Source: an uncultured bacterium
Lineage (GTDB): Bacteria; Krumholzibacteriota; Krumholzibacteriia; Krumholzibacteriales; Krumholzibacteriaceae
Length of the DNA: 64,000 nt
NCBI GenBank assembly: GCA_963786935.1
Contig: CAWBAN010000005.1
Span: 224,001 to 288,000 of the forward strand
Direction of reading: 5' to 3'
Shown here: piece after piece, positions 9,626-19,148 of the stretch
Layout of the letters: each line of letters opens with the position of its first letter
How positions within the stretch are numbered: position 1 is the stretch's first letter
Notes under the pieces: generated by a model
What the model saw: the letters and a program-made list of their open reading frames with translations, nothing else
Databases searched by the model: none
What the model was told of the DNA's origin: nothing
Translations under genes and position numbers: made by a program

Positions 9626-10531
9626 CTAGCGAACGATCATGATAGGTCTCTTCTCGACGACAGCGCCGCCGCTGTCCTTGATGATTGCATAATAGATGCC
9701 GCTCATCACCGAGTTCCCCCGCTCATTCATTCCGTTCCAGGTCTCGTCCGCGGCATCGATCGGAAGACGGTACACTTCGAGGCCGTCGCCACCCACGATC
9801 GCGACCGATCCGCCCAGCGGAAGATTCTTCAGGTTGAGAAGTCCGGATGCCGGACGAAACGGCACGGGGTAAATGCTCAGGTGCGGAGTGGCGAGGGGCG
9901 CCGGATCCTCGTCGTCGATAAAGAAGCTATCGACGGCCGAGATAAACATGTTGTTGTTGCCATCGTATGAAACGGCTCTCACGAAATATGTTTGCGGGGA
10001 GAGCAGCTGGTCGAGGCGTGTCGAGAGTTGGTTCGAGTAATGATCGTTGTCCCAGGCGCTCAGGGAATCGAGCGTTTGGTCGAGATCAAATTGAACGAAT
10101 CCGATCGTAGCGGCGGCGGTAGACCAGCCGATGTCGTACGATGAAGCGCCGATCTTCGTTTTCAGCGTGATTCGGCAGAGGCTGGCGAGAGACTCGGCCG
10201 CGTTCTGCGGGATCGTGATCCCCGAGACGCAATTCGAATAATTGCTCGTCTCCCCGGCCGCATCCATCGCTTTGATCCAGTAATAATAGGGAATCCCTTT
10301 CTGCAGGCCCGAATCGATATGGCTGAAGGTGTTGGCGTTCACCGTGTCGATCGGAATGGGGTTCGGATCGCCGCTGTTTATCGAGCGGAAAATGATGTAA
10401 CCGGCGATGCTCGGCTCGGGATTGGGAGCCCAATTGACGAGGTAGCTCGCCGTTCCCTGGGCGGCGAGCGGAAGAGCACTGGCTGCGAGGAGCAAGAAGA
10501 TCAATGATGTCGAAGCAATTCTGTTTGTCAT
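9626..10531 (-). CDS. Secreted fibronectin-III-like protein with FlgD/T9SS-like C-terminal domain
   Basis: Signal peptide; FN3-like W...GY.IFRS...YYY.IKA.D..G.TS; C-terminal IYPVPF...WNGMN..G..V.SGIYY. Confidence 0.8.
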   Translation of the reverse strand: MTNRIASTSLIFLLLAASALPLAAQGTASYLVNWAPNPEPSIAGYIIFRSINSGDPNPIPIDTVNANTFSHIDSGLQKGIPYYYWIKAMDAAGETSNYSNCVSGITIPQNAAESLASLCRITLKTKIGASSYDIGWSTAAATIGFVQFDLDQTLDSLSAWDNDHYSNQLSTRLDQLLSPQTYFVRAVSYDGNNNMFISAVDSFFIDDEDPAPLATPHLSIYPVPFRPASGLLNLKNLPLGGSVAIVGGDGLEVYRLPIDAADETWNGMNERGNSVMSGIYYAIIKDSGGAVVEKRPIMIVR

Positions 10532-11172
10532 GATCTCACTCCGTGATCTGCTGAATGACCGATGATGCACGACACTTCTTCGTTCGCATGCTTCATAATA
10601 GCGCGGATCAAATTGCATTTTGAAACGTTTTCGTTCCGCTCCTTTCTGCAATATCCGGTACAATACAACATCGTCTCGTTTCCCGTTGTTTCCGTCGGTT
10701 GCCCGTTCAATCGCGTCGATCCCCGCGGTCCCTTGTTCGAGGACGACGCATCATTTTGTACCTTTCATAGCTTTCCCGGCGAGATATGGCAAGTGCATTT
10801 TTTCGGCCAGGCTTGAGATCATGAAGGAGTTTCTCCCCGATGTGCTGAGCGTGAGCATACATGGCGTGATGGCGAAAGCCGAAGAGAGAGCGCGGGCGTT
10901 TCGAGTGAGATGCCGTGCTTCGACCTTCGGGAAAAAGAGATCCTCCGGCAGATCGATTTCGATCGAAGCCCCAAGCCCTCCGCCCGTCTTCCCGATCACC
11001 GGACCAGCCTCAGGGATGCCCGGCCGCTGCTCACCCTCAACCTCACCCAACTCCCTTTTCCCGATCCACCCCTGGAACTCTCGCCACTCCGACTCCCCAG
11101 GAGAAACAAGCTTCCTCGGATGCGGGTCACGATGTCCCTTCCCATCCCCAGGCGAAAAACCGTTCTTGACAC

Positions 11173-11201
11173 TTGAAATCATTCTCTGCCTATGCTAAAA
11201 T
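11173..11201 (+). promoter_or_regulatory. Putative sigma-70 promoter with extended -10
   Basis: TTGAAA-17 bp-TAAAAT with TG at the extended position; TTGACA immediately upstream. Confidence 0.6.
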
Positions 11202-11280
11202 TATGATTACCCCCAAATAGGGGGTTAAATTCGAAGGGAACAATCGGTAAATCAGCAGCTCAACGAAAGGGGACCTAGCA

Positions 11281-12105
11281 GTGAAAGCGAAAGTATTGCT
11301 AGCGGTTATCGGTATTATGCTTCTCGCGGGCTCGGCCTGGGCTTGCCAGATACTCACGTTCACCGGGAACGCCGACTGCAGCGGGTGGATGGCAAGCGGA
11401 ACGAACTCGGTGTGCGGAACCCGCGACACCCTTGCGTACGTCGTCACCCTGAACCAGGGTGGAAGCGTCGTCGCGACATTCTCCGGCGTCTTCGTGGTGT
11501 GGGCCACCGATCCCACCTTCAGCTTCAATGTCCCCTGGGGAATGGAGCTCTGCGGAGACTATGTCGCCAACGGGCATTTCTACTACGTTAACGAGAATAA
11601 CGGCTATGGTTTCAAGGACTTTGAAGTCGCGTTCACGTGCGAATGCGGGACGGGCGAGTGCCACTACACGCCCGGATACTGGAGGAATCATCCAGAGGCG
11701 TGGCCGGTTATGACGCTCACGCTCGGCGCCATTTCCTACAACCAGGCGCAGCTTCTCGCCATCCTGAGTCTGCCCGTCGTGGGCGACCCGACGGTCATTC
11801 TCGCGCATCACCTGATCGCGGCGAAGCTGAACGTCGCGAACGGCGCGGACGACTCGATCAACGACGAGATCGCCGTTGCGGACAACCTGCTCAGCATGTA
11901 CCCGGTGGGCAGCTATCCGCCGAAGTCGGCCAAGTCCTCGATCATCGCGGCGAAGGATGCGCTCTGCGCGTACAACGAGACGATTCTGCCTGGATGCGAC
12001 GGGTACATCGCGCCCATTTTCAATGCCGTCGCGCCGGCAAGCTCTCAGGCTCCGACCAACAGGGAAGACTCGACCTGGGGAGCGATCAAGTCCTTGTACC
12101 GGTAA
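11281..12105 (+). CDS. Secreted Cys-rich protein ending in TWGAIKSLYR
   Basis: Signal peptide; TPGYWRNH...LIAAKLN domain; Ser/Pro/Ala linker and short tail. Confidence 0.8.
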   Translation: MKAKVLLAVIGIMLLAGSAWACQILTFTGNADCSGWMASGTNSVCGTRDTLAYVVTLNQGGSVVATFSGVFVVWATDPTFSFNVPWGMELCGDYVANGHFYYVNENNGYGFKDFEVAFTCECGTGECHYTPGYWRNHPEAWPVMTLTLGAISYNQAQLLAILSLPVVGDPTVILAHHLIAAKLNVANGADDSINDEIAVADNLLSMYPVGSYPPKSAKSSIIAAKDALCAYNETILPGCDGYIAPIFNAVAPASSQAPTNREDSTWGAIKSLYR

Positions 12106-12180
12106 GCCGGTTCGTACCGCAAGTTATGCGGATGCGGGCATGACAGGGCAGGGACAGAAATCCCGCATCGCCTATGAAAT

Positions 12181-12216
12181 GAGGGAGCGCCGACGATGGC
12201 GCTCCCTCGTTTTGTT
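12181..12216 (+). terminator. Intrinsic terminator between convergent genes
   Basis: Perfect 11-bp stem GAGGGAGCGCC/GGCGCTCCCTC, 6-nt loop, then GTTTTGTT. Confidence 0.8.
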
Positions 12217-13921
12217 ATGCACTGGAGCGCGTCGACCAACGAACCGTTCGATGAAGTGTTCTTCTCTGGAAGAAGCTCGCCTCGTGCCGGAATCCGAGCC
12301 TTTCGACCAACTGGGCAGTCGGCCGATCCTCCGCGGGCACGGCGATGAAAGCCTGCGTCGCGTCCTCCGACGTGAGCGCATCCTGCAGCATCTGGAGGAG
12401 CGCATCCTGGGGGAAGCCCGTTCTTCGATGCTCCGAATGCGCAGATAGGCCGTAAAGAGCCGCTCCGCCTTCGGGAACGTGCCATTCCTGGCCGACCTCA
12501 TCGAATTCCAGGGTCTTGAGGCGTTCCGCGAGCCATCCGGAACAAACCAAGACGTTATCCACGACGCGGGTGTACGCGTGATGGCCGGCCTCGAGGCGCA
12601 TCAGGGCGCCGCCCAGAAATTCGTGAATGGAAGGGGGGGCGTCGCCCGCGGCCTGGAACGCCATGAGGTCGTTCAAGGAATCCCGGCGCATCGTTCCCGG
12701 GTTCTCGAGATGCGGGAAATCGCCCGTCTCCGCCCTGTACAGTTTCATCTCCCGGGTTTCGAAGAGGGCGGATCGGATACCGACGAGGATTCTGGAAGGA
12801 ACGGCGTTTCGACGGATGCGTTCGAGTATTCCCTGTGTTCGCTCAGGCTGCAGCGACAAGCGCCGCAATACGTTCTTCGTGATGCCGGAAATCTGCCGTT
12901 CGGCTTTGTGGAGCAGGAAGTCGGCGCGGTTGAAGAAGATCGTCAGGGCATAGCACTCATCGTGGTGCGTCGCGAATCGATCCTTGTAAGTTCCTCCCGG
13001 CGTGAGGTCGAATTCGCGGAAGCCCTCCTCCGCAAGACGAATCCCGAGAAAAAGGAGATGCAGCTTGCCGGGTGAATGCTCGGCGAGGAATGGCGAATGA
13101 GCGATGATTCCCAACATCACCTGGTCTCTGTCTATGGCGCCGATGTGGGCCGAGATGATCTTTCCGTTCAGGCGCAGAACCGACACGTGCAAGAATTGCG
13201 GAATCTTGAAGAGCGCGACATGAAACGGTTTCTTGGAAGGATCGTCTCGGGACGGAAGCTTCCCGTAGATCGCGCCTTTTCGAAAATCGCTGAACGCGAA
13301 GATCTCGTCGAATTCCGCTTCCAGCTCCTCGATGCGCTCGATGCGCTCGAGTCGCAGCGTGCCGAGCTTCTCCAGCCGGCTGAGGCGACTTTTGTTCGAC
13401 TTCTTTTTCAGGGACTCCTGAAGCTTGTTGCCGTCGCGCAGCGCCATGAGAGGCCGCGGAAAGACCTGTATTTCGCAGGATCCGTTCCACGCGCCGCCGG
13501 GACGAAAGCTCTCGAGCGGCGCGTCCGGACGAAGGAAGGCGAATTGCAGCCTCCCGCGCGGGAATACTTTCTGCAGGCTTTTGAGGGCAGCTTCTATGAA
13601 ATCCGCGCGGAGCTCCGGCAGCGCCAGCCATACCTGATATTCCGCCTGTTGTCTGCCGGCGACCACGAGCTTCCCGCTCTTCTTTTCCACCGCGAGGGGG
13701 ACGACTCCCACGAGGTTTCGTTGCCCGTCAAAGCCGGCCACGATGAGCGGTTCGCAGGAAGCGCCGTAGTGGCGGAACCAGACATCCAGGAACGGCAGGC
13801 TCTGGAAAACAGTGGACCAAGGACACCGCGTGTGGAGCTCGTGCATCTGTTCGCGAAAGCCGGCGCTCCTCATGAGCTCAAGCGCATGCTCTCCTCGATG
13901 CATCTCGACTTTCAACTGCAC
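12215..13921 (-). CDS. CelD/BcsL-like GNAT acyltransferase with additional C-terminal GNAT-like domain
   Basis: TVFQS..F...W, HSPGKLHL and FDLTPG..YKDRF motifs; C-terminal VERLGF; GTG start with GGAG. Confidence 0.8.
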   Translation of the reverse strand: MQLKVEMHRGEHALELMRSAGFREQMHELHTRCPWSTVFQSLPFLDVWFRHYGASCEPLIVAGFDGQRNLVGVVPLAVEKKSGKLVVAGRQQAEYQVWLALPELRADFIEAALKSLQKVFPRGRLQFAFLRPDAPLESFRPGGAWNGSCEIQVFPRPLMALRDGNKLQESLKKKSNKSRLSRLEKLGTLRLERIERIEELEAEFDEIFAFSDFRKGAIYGKLPSRDDPSKKPFHVALFKIPQFLHVSVLRLNGKIISAHIGAIDRDQVMLGIIAHSPFLAEHSPGKLHLLFLGIRLAEEGFREFDLTPGGTYKDRFATHHDECYALTIFFNRADFLLHKAERQISGITKNVLRRLSLQPERTQGILERIRRNAVPSRILVGIRSALFETREMKLYRAETGDFPHLENPGTMRRDSLNDLMAFQAAGDAPPSIHEFLGGALMRLEAGHHAYTRVVDNVLVCSGWLAERLKTLEFDEVGQEWHVPEGGAALYGLSAHSEHRRTGFPQDALLQMLQDALTSEDATQAFIAVPAEDRPTAQLVERLGFRHEASFFQRRTLHRTVRWSTRSSA

Positions 13922-14005
13922 GGACAATTCTCCATTCCACGTAAGAGGAGATTCGATCCATGAGATCCGAGGAAATACAGGTGCATCCCGGCGCGGATTG
14001 TATCG

Positions 14006-14090
14006 GAATCGCAATCGATATGCCAGCAATGAGTGCAGACGGAAAAAACAAACCGGCATCGCCGAGAGCGCCGAGTCCGGGCAAGGGATC
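14006..14090. repeat. Diverged intergenic direct repeat, copy A
   Basis: Core 14021-14073 matches 14914-14966 at 45/53 nt, ungapped (manual alignment). Confidence 0.9.
14010..14025 (-). promoter_or_regulatory. Sigma-54 promoter of the GNAT gene
   Basis: TGGCATATCGATTGCG. Confidence 0.7.
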
Positions 14091-14779
14091 TAATTCCTCT
14101 CGATTTTCAACGCCAGATATTCGACGCCGGCGCCCGATCGATTCTGATGATGCGACCAGACCAGCCGGTAATTGTTCTTCTCGATAAAGCTCCGGTAGAC
14201 GCCGATGATCTCATCAACGGGAATATTCATGGGGTCGTCGGCGGCATAGAAGCTCTTTCTCGCAGCCAAGTATTTTGTATCGAGCAAATCGGGAAAATGC
14301 CTGAGTGTTTTCGATGTGATGTGGGGGATGACTATCAGGACCAGCAACGACTCGTCGCTCGTCACCTTGAATATCAAATCGGGGAAAAGATCGAAGTGGT
14401 CGCAGTGAGCGCCGAGGTTGCCGATCGCGTTGTCGACGACGATGAGATCAAATGTGCTCTTGGATCTCCCGAGCTCCTCGTAGCTGTCGACGATCCTGAT
14501 CGAAGCGTCGGGTAGATTCTTCACCAAAGCAGAATGCCATTTTTCGTTTATTTCCCACACCTCGAGGCTTTTCACTTCACGCGCGTACGTCGTCGTATGG
14601 TCGAGGCCGTCTCTTCCGAAGATCTCCAGAGCTCGAAGCCCTCGAAGATCGACGCCTCTCCTCTTCAATTCGCCGAGAAGCCGCAGCATGGGCTTATACT
14701 TTCGCCCCCGAAGCGTATACCCCCTCCGGCGCGACCAGCCGCACATTCGGAACAAACGCTTTGTCGCGAACTCAGTCAT
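14090..14779 (-). CDS. Class I SAM methyltransferase-like protein
   Basis: ALEIFGRDG (motif I-like), VWEI and FDLIVVD; start MTEFATK with GGAG. Confidence 0.6.
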   Translation of the reverse strand: MTEFATKRLFRMCGWSRRRGYTLRGRKYKPMLRLLGELKRRGVDLRGLRALEIFGRDGLDHTTTYAREVKSLEVWEINEKWHSALVKNLPDASIRIVDSYEELGRSKSTFDLIVVDNAIGNLGAHCDHFDLFPDLIFKVTSDESLLVLIVIPHITSKTLRHFPDLLDTKYLAARKSFYAADDPMNIPVDEIIGVYRSFIEKNNYRLVWSHHQNRSGAGVEYLALKIERN

Positions 14780-14900
14780 TTCATTCTCCGCGTTGAAAGG
14801 CCATGGCATCAATGCTCTCCAGCAAATGACGTTCCATGCCGGCGGGCAAATCTACCGTATTCCACTGCTCGAGGCAATAAATTATAATTATTACCGCTCA

Positions 14901-14980
14901 GAATCATTCGAAATGCAAGCAATGAATGATGACGGAAGAAACAAACGGGCATGGCCGAGAACGCCGGGATACAAGGTATC
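14901..14980. repeat. Diverged intergenic direct repeat, copy B
   Basis: Aligns with copy A; the sigma-54 box is degenerate here (TTGCATTTCGAATGAT). Confidence 0.9.
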
Positions 14981-14994
14981 GGGAATAGCTTGAC

Positions 14995-15010
14995 CGGCAT
15001 GACACTTGCA
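14995..15010 (+). promoter_or_regulatory. Sigma-54 promoter heading the long + strand glycan operon
   Basis: CGGCATGACACTTGCA, 28 bp before the ATG at 15038 (GGAGG RBS). Confidence 0.65.
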
Positions 15011-15037
15011 TCATATATTTGCCGGGGAGGTATTTGA

Positions 15038-16816
15038 ATGAAAAGGATCTTGTTAGTACAACTCCTTGTGATGATTGGTCTTGGCGCCAGCGTCCCTCTG
15101 GGGGCGGCGAATTACTTTCTATCCCCGTCGGGGGACGATGCGCGGAGCGGTCTTTCGACCACGCTTGCTTGGGCGACGCTCGCGAAGGCCAAAACGACTA
15201 TGGTCGCGGGCGATACTCTGTTCATCATGGGTGGCACCTACACCAATGCACAGAGCTTTTATATGGAGAGCGGCATCGCCGGCACCGAGGGGCATCCGAT
15301 GGTGTTCAAGGCGTATGGAGATTCGAAAGCGATCTTTCAGCATACCAACAACAACGGAAGGCAAACGAGCAAGTTCTGGTATTTTACGCCCGGTCAGGAC
15401 TGGGTCGTCATTGATGGTTTCAGCTATCTGAATCCTTCGGATTCGCTTTACATCAAGCTCGAAGGCCGGGAAGATGCCTCATATATTGTCAGATTCGAGG
15501 GCACGGCAAGCAACCGATCGGAGCACATTAAAATAAGAGGGATCGAGATAGACGGGAATTTCCCGCCACCGGGCGCGACATATAGCGAAGGCGGCCTCAT
15601 GCGGTACGCCGTCGGGTTCACGTACGGGGCCATGGATACGATCGAGAGTTGCTATATACACCATGTGTACCATGCAACGGGAGACATTCCGCCGGGAGAC
15701 GGGACGGATAGGGCACAGGGAACGGGAGAATCGATATATCTCATGAGCTGTGAACGATTCCTCATTCGGAATAATACGTTGGGAAAGGCGAACCATGCCC
15801 TCGTCGAGGTCTCGCGGCTCGGAACGAACGATCCCGTGAGCAGATACATAAAGATCATCAATAACATGTGCGAAAATCGGTGGGGCGGGGGGCTCTACTT
15901 CGGCCACGGCACCGAATGGAGCCTTATGGAGGGGAATATTGTGTGCGGTCTTGCCGCGACAACGACAAAGACGAAGTCCGCGTTCGACTGTTCCGGATCG
16001 CATCTCGTATTCCGAAAGAATGTCACGTGGGCCTACAACGGCGCATCAATCGATATAGCTGCGCAACTACTTGTTGGCTATGCCTTTAAGGCAGACTCGA
16101 ACCTCATTTACAATAACACATTTTTCAACTCCGAGAGCCACAATCTATTTATAGGTCCGTTCAACGATGGGGCATACTCATGGGCTGGCGCGAGCACGAA
16201 TGGTAATATCATCGCGAATAATATATTTTACAAATCGCATGGCCTCACGACGGACGTTGGGAATAGGTCCGGAGAGTTGAAGCTCTACCTGCACTGGGCT
16301 AACAATGAGCATAACTGGATCGCCCCCGACGAGTCACCACCTCCCTCGCCCGAGTCGACGAATTGGGGAGGAAACAGGTTCTTCAATAATTGCATCCGCA
16401 AGTACGCCCAAAAGGGAGATTATGATACTCTCATTATCTACGCTGAGGATGCTGACTACGATGCTACTCTGGCTGGCGGCAACAGAATCTACTCTCTCGC
16501 TGCAATCCAGTTGGAAGATCCGATTGCATGGCATGACAACATAGCGGACAATCCCGAGCTCGTGAGCGAGTACCCGGATTCCTATGGGGTCACTAACGGC
16601 TGGTGGCGTTTGAAGCCGGGGAGTCTCTGCATCGATCGGGGCGCCATAATCAATGATACGACCGGTGCGCATGTAAATTCTCTGTATCCGGGTTACGGCT
16701 GGGGCAATCTGAGCTATTCGGATGCGCGCCCCGATATCGGGGCGTCCGAGTCCAACGGGGAGAACCCCGCGCCGCTCAGCACACCGAGCCAGAACCCCTT
16801 GAAACCGGGGAGATAG
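15038..16816 (+). CDS. Secreted right-handed beta-helix (pectin-lyase-like) protein
   Basis: Signal peptide; YFLSPSGDD..SG and GDTLFIMGGTY; repeated IxNN; L..GS.CID.G...PDIGA.E ending. Confidence 0.85.
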   Translation: MKRILLVQLLVMIGLGASVPLGAANYFLSPSGDDARSGLSTTLAWATLAKAKTTMVAGDTLFIMGGTYTNAQSFYMESGIAGTEGHPMVFKAYGDSKAIFQHTNNNGRQTSKFWYFTPGQDWVVIDGFSYLNPSDSLYIKLEGREDASYIVRFEGTASNRSEHIKIRGIEIDGNFPPPGATYSEGGLMRYAVGFTYGAMDTIESCYIHHVYHATGDIPPGDGTDRAQGTGESIYLMSCERFLIRNNTLGKANHALVEVSRLGTNDPVSRYIKIINNMCENRWGGGLYFGHGTEWSLMEGNIVCGLAATTTKTKSAFDCSGSHLVFRKNVTWAYNGASIDIAAQLLVGYAFKADSNLIYNNTFFNSESHNLFIGPFNDGAYSWAGASTNGNIIANNIFYKSHGLTTDVGNRSGELKLYLHWANNEHNWIAPDESPPPSPESTNWGGNRFFNNCIRKYAQKGDYDTLIIYAEDADYDATLAGGNRIYSLAAIQLEDPIAWHDNIADNPELVSEYPDSYGVTNGWWRLKPGSLCIDRGAIINDTTGAHVNSLYPGYGWGNLSYSDARPDIGASESNGENPAPLSTPSQNPLKPGR

Positions 16817-17952
16817 TGACGCGGGGGGCTTCCACTATCCCTGTGAACGTGATGCTCGTGACCCCCTGCTTCGGCTACGGGGGTCTCGAGCAGGTGGTTC
16901 TGAGCATCGCCGCGCACATCGATCGATCTCTCTTCAATCCTTCGTTTTGCACGCTCCTTGCGCCGGAACCCGTTCTTTACCGCGAGATGGAACGGCTCGA
17001 TCTTCCATGCTACGTTCTCGATAAGGGGGAGGGGATCAATGCCGGTCTGCCTTTCAGATTCGCGGCCGTCATGCGGAGGGAGCGCGTCAGGCTCGTCAAC
17101 GCGCATGATATCGGAGCGACGCTCTACGCGGCAGCGGCTTCGAGGCTCGGCGGCGTCCATACGGTCATCCATACGGATCATAGTCAGATCCTGACGAAGA
17201 AGAAGCACCGAGCGATCTATAGCTTCGTCATGCGGAACCTCGTCGATTTTTCGATAGCGGTTTCTTCGGACCTTGAGGAGCACCTCGTGAACGTGCTCGG
17301 AGTCTCGAGGAACGCGGTGACGACGATTCCCAACGGGATCGACACTGCGCGTTTCTCGGTTAAGGTGGATACATCGCGAATCCGGCGGGAGCTCGGGATC
17401 GGCGCTGGCGAGCGGATTATCGGCAGCATCGGGAGGCTCACGGAGCAAAAGGGCATGGCTCATCTTGTCCGTGCCTTCGCGGCGGTCGCCGCCCGCGACG
17501 CAAACACGAGGCTTGTAATCGTGGGGGACGGTGAGCTGCGCTTGGAGCTCGAGCGGCTGTGCAGGGGGCTCGGCGTTCGCGAGAAGGTCGTTTTCACGGG
17601 GATCCGCACGGACGTGCCGGTTCTCCTCAACCTATTCGACGTATTCGTGATTGCGTCGCTTTGGGAAGGGCAGCCTATCGCGATCATGGAGGCGATGGCG
17701 GCCGGGAAGCCCATCGTTGCGACTGAAGTGGGGGGAAATTCGGAGATACTCGCCGGCGGGAAATACGGGCTCCTCGTTTCCGCGGGAGATGCGGAGGCCC
17801 TTGCGGCTTCCATGGCACGCCTTCTCTTCGACAAATCGCTGGCCTTGAAGTTCGCGGGCGAGGCGCGGGCCTTTGCCCTCCGAGAGCTCGGTGCTCCCGC
17901 GATGGTCAGGAAGTATGAACGGGTGTTCGCGGAGAATCTGGCGCGTCGATAG
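16816..17952 (+). CDS. Glycosyltransferase family 4
   Basis: GGLE, IPNGID, GRL..QKG and EGQPIAIMEAMA (EX7E) motifs. Confidence 0.93.
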   Translation: MTRGASTIPVNVMLVTPCFGYGGLEQVVLSIAAHIDRSLFNPSFCTLLAPEPVLYREMERLDLPCYVLDKGEGINAGLPFRFAAVMRRERVRLVNAHDIGATLYAAAASRLGGVHTVIHTDHSQILTKKKHRAIYSFVMRNLVDFSIAVSSDLEEHLVNVLGVSRNAVTTIPNGIDTARFSVKVDTSRIRRELGIGAGERIIGSIGRLTEQKGMAHLVRAFAAVAARDANTRLVIVGDGELRLELERLCRGLGVREKVVFTGIRTDVPVLLNLFDVFVIASLWEGQPIAIMEAMAAGKPIVATEVGGNSEILAGGKYGLLVSAGDAEALAASMARLLFDKSLALKFAGEARAFALRELGAPAMVRKYERVFAENLARR

Positions 17953-18038
17953 AAAAAATTGTGTGAGTTGACGCAGATTAAATCTAGACTGCGTACAGCG
18001 GGCGGGGTGGAGGGTTCACCGGCCGCGTGGTCGTCGGA

Positions 18039-19131
18039 ATGGAGCGCATGCCGCAGATGGATTCTCTCGGAATAAGACTCAATGCAATAGGTATCCGCAT
18101 TCGATCGGACGACGCCGATTTTCTGCGATATGCGAGAGCCCATTTCGCCCCGGTCCTCGTCGAAGAAGCGGGAGATCCTTCCCTTGAAGTGACGTTCGCC
18201 CGGAAGCGGTCGGGGGAGGGCGAACGGGATGCCCCCGCGGGATGCCGGAAGGTCGGGAGGGATCTTTTCGTCGGCAAGAACAGGGTCGTATGGCGGTCGG
18301 TGCCCTACATTCCGGGTCTTGCGCTCGCGTTGAATCTGACGGCCGAGAAGCTCTCGGTCGATGCCTCGCACCGCCCTCACCTGACCCCCCGCTCGCGGCT
18401 GCGATCGGCGGTTTCCGCTCTTTCGGGGGGGGGGAGGCCTCAGGAATCAATTCTTTTTCGAGCTCTTGTATTGGATCGTCTATTATCCGGCGTTCTGGCT
18501 CCTTCGACGAAGGGGCGTTCAGGTGCTGCACGGGGGTGGAATCGAAATCGACGGGTGCGGCGTCGTCATCGCCGGGGCCCAGGGAACGGGGAAATCGACG
18601 CTCATCGCACACCTCCTGCCCGAGGCGGGCGTTCTATTCCTCTCGGATAACATGGTGCTTTTCGATGAGCGAGCGGTCTTTTCCTGCCACGAGCCGGTGC
18701 GGTTCGAGGAACGGCTCCTTTCGGAGGTCCCGGGTCTTCGCGGATGCGTTCAGCGAATCAACCTGCGAGTGCCTCTCGGCCGGGTCGCATTCACGATAGC
18801 CCGGGAGCGCTCGATCGACTCGATGAAAGCGTCGGTTTGCATCGTGCCGGAGATGTCGTGCGGCGAAACGGGCGTGCGCGCCGTGACGAAGGAAGAGATC
18901 ATCGAGAAGGTCGCGACGTTCAATACCCTTGCCGACGAGGTACGGATGTTCGATGTCTTCGAAGCGGCTTTATCTCCGCTCGCGCACTCAACGGGAAGTT
19001 CTCTCCCCGGGACGGCGGCGCTCGACGCGCTCCTGAGCCGCGCGCGGTGCTTCGTCATGAACATCCGGCAGGGGGAAGACCCGCGCGACACGATGCGGAC
19101 GATTCTCGGGATTGTCCGCGGGTCGCGTTGA
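18039..19131 (+). pseudogene. HPr-kinase-like P-loop kinase, frameshifted at a G10 tract (phase-off state or sequencing error)
   Basis: ORFs 18027..18650 and 18466..19131 join if G10 at 18425-18434 is G9. Motifs VLHGGG, GAQGTGKST, LSDN. Confidence 0.75.
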
Positions 19132-19148
19132 ACCCGGGTTTACCTGAT

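Noticed and set aside
10637..10665. TGTACCGGATATTGCA as a sigma-54 site for the cargo-PorV pair
   Set aside because: It lacks the invariant GG at -24.
13921..15000. Two short ORF segments both reading MPVCFFR..SLLA as possible leader peptides
   Set aside because: Explained by the non-coding repeat; no RBS, and the sequence overlaps a promoter box.
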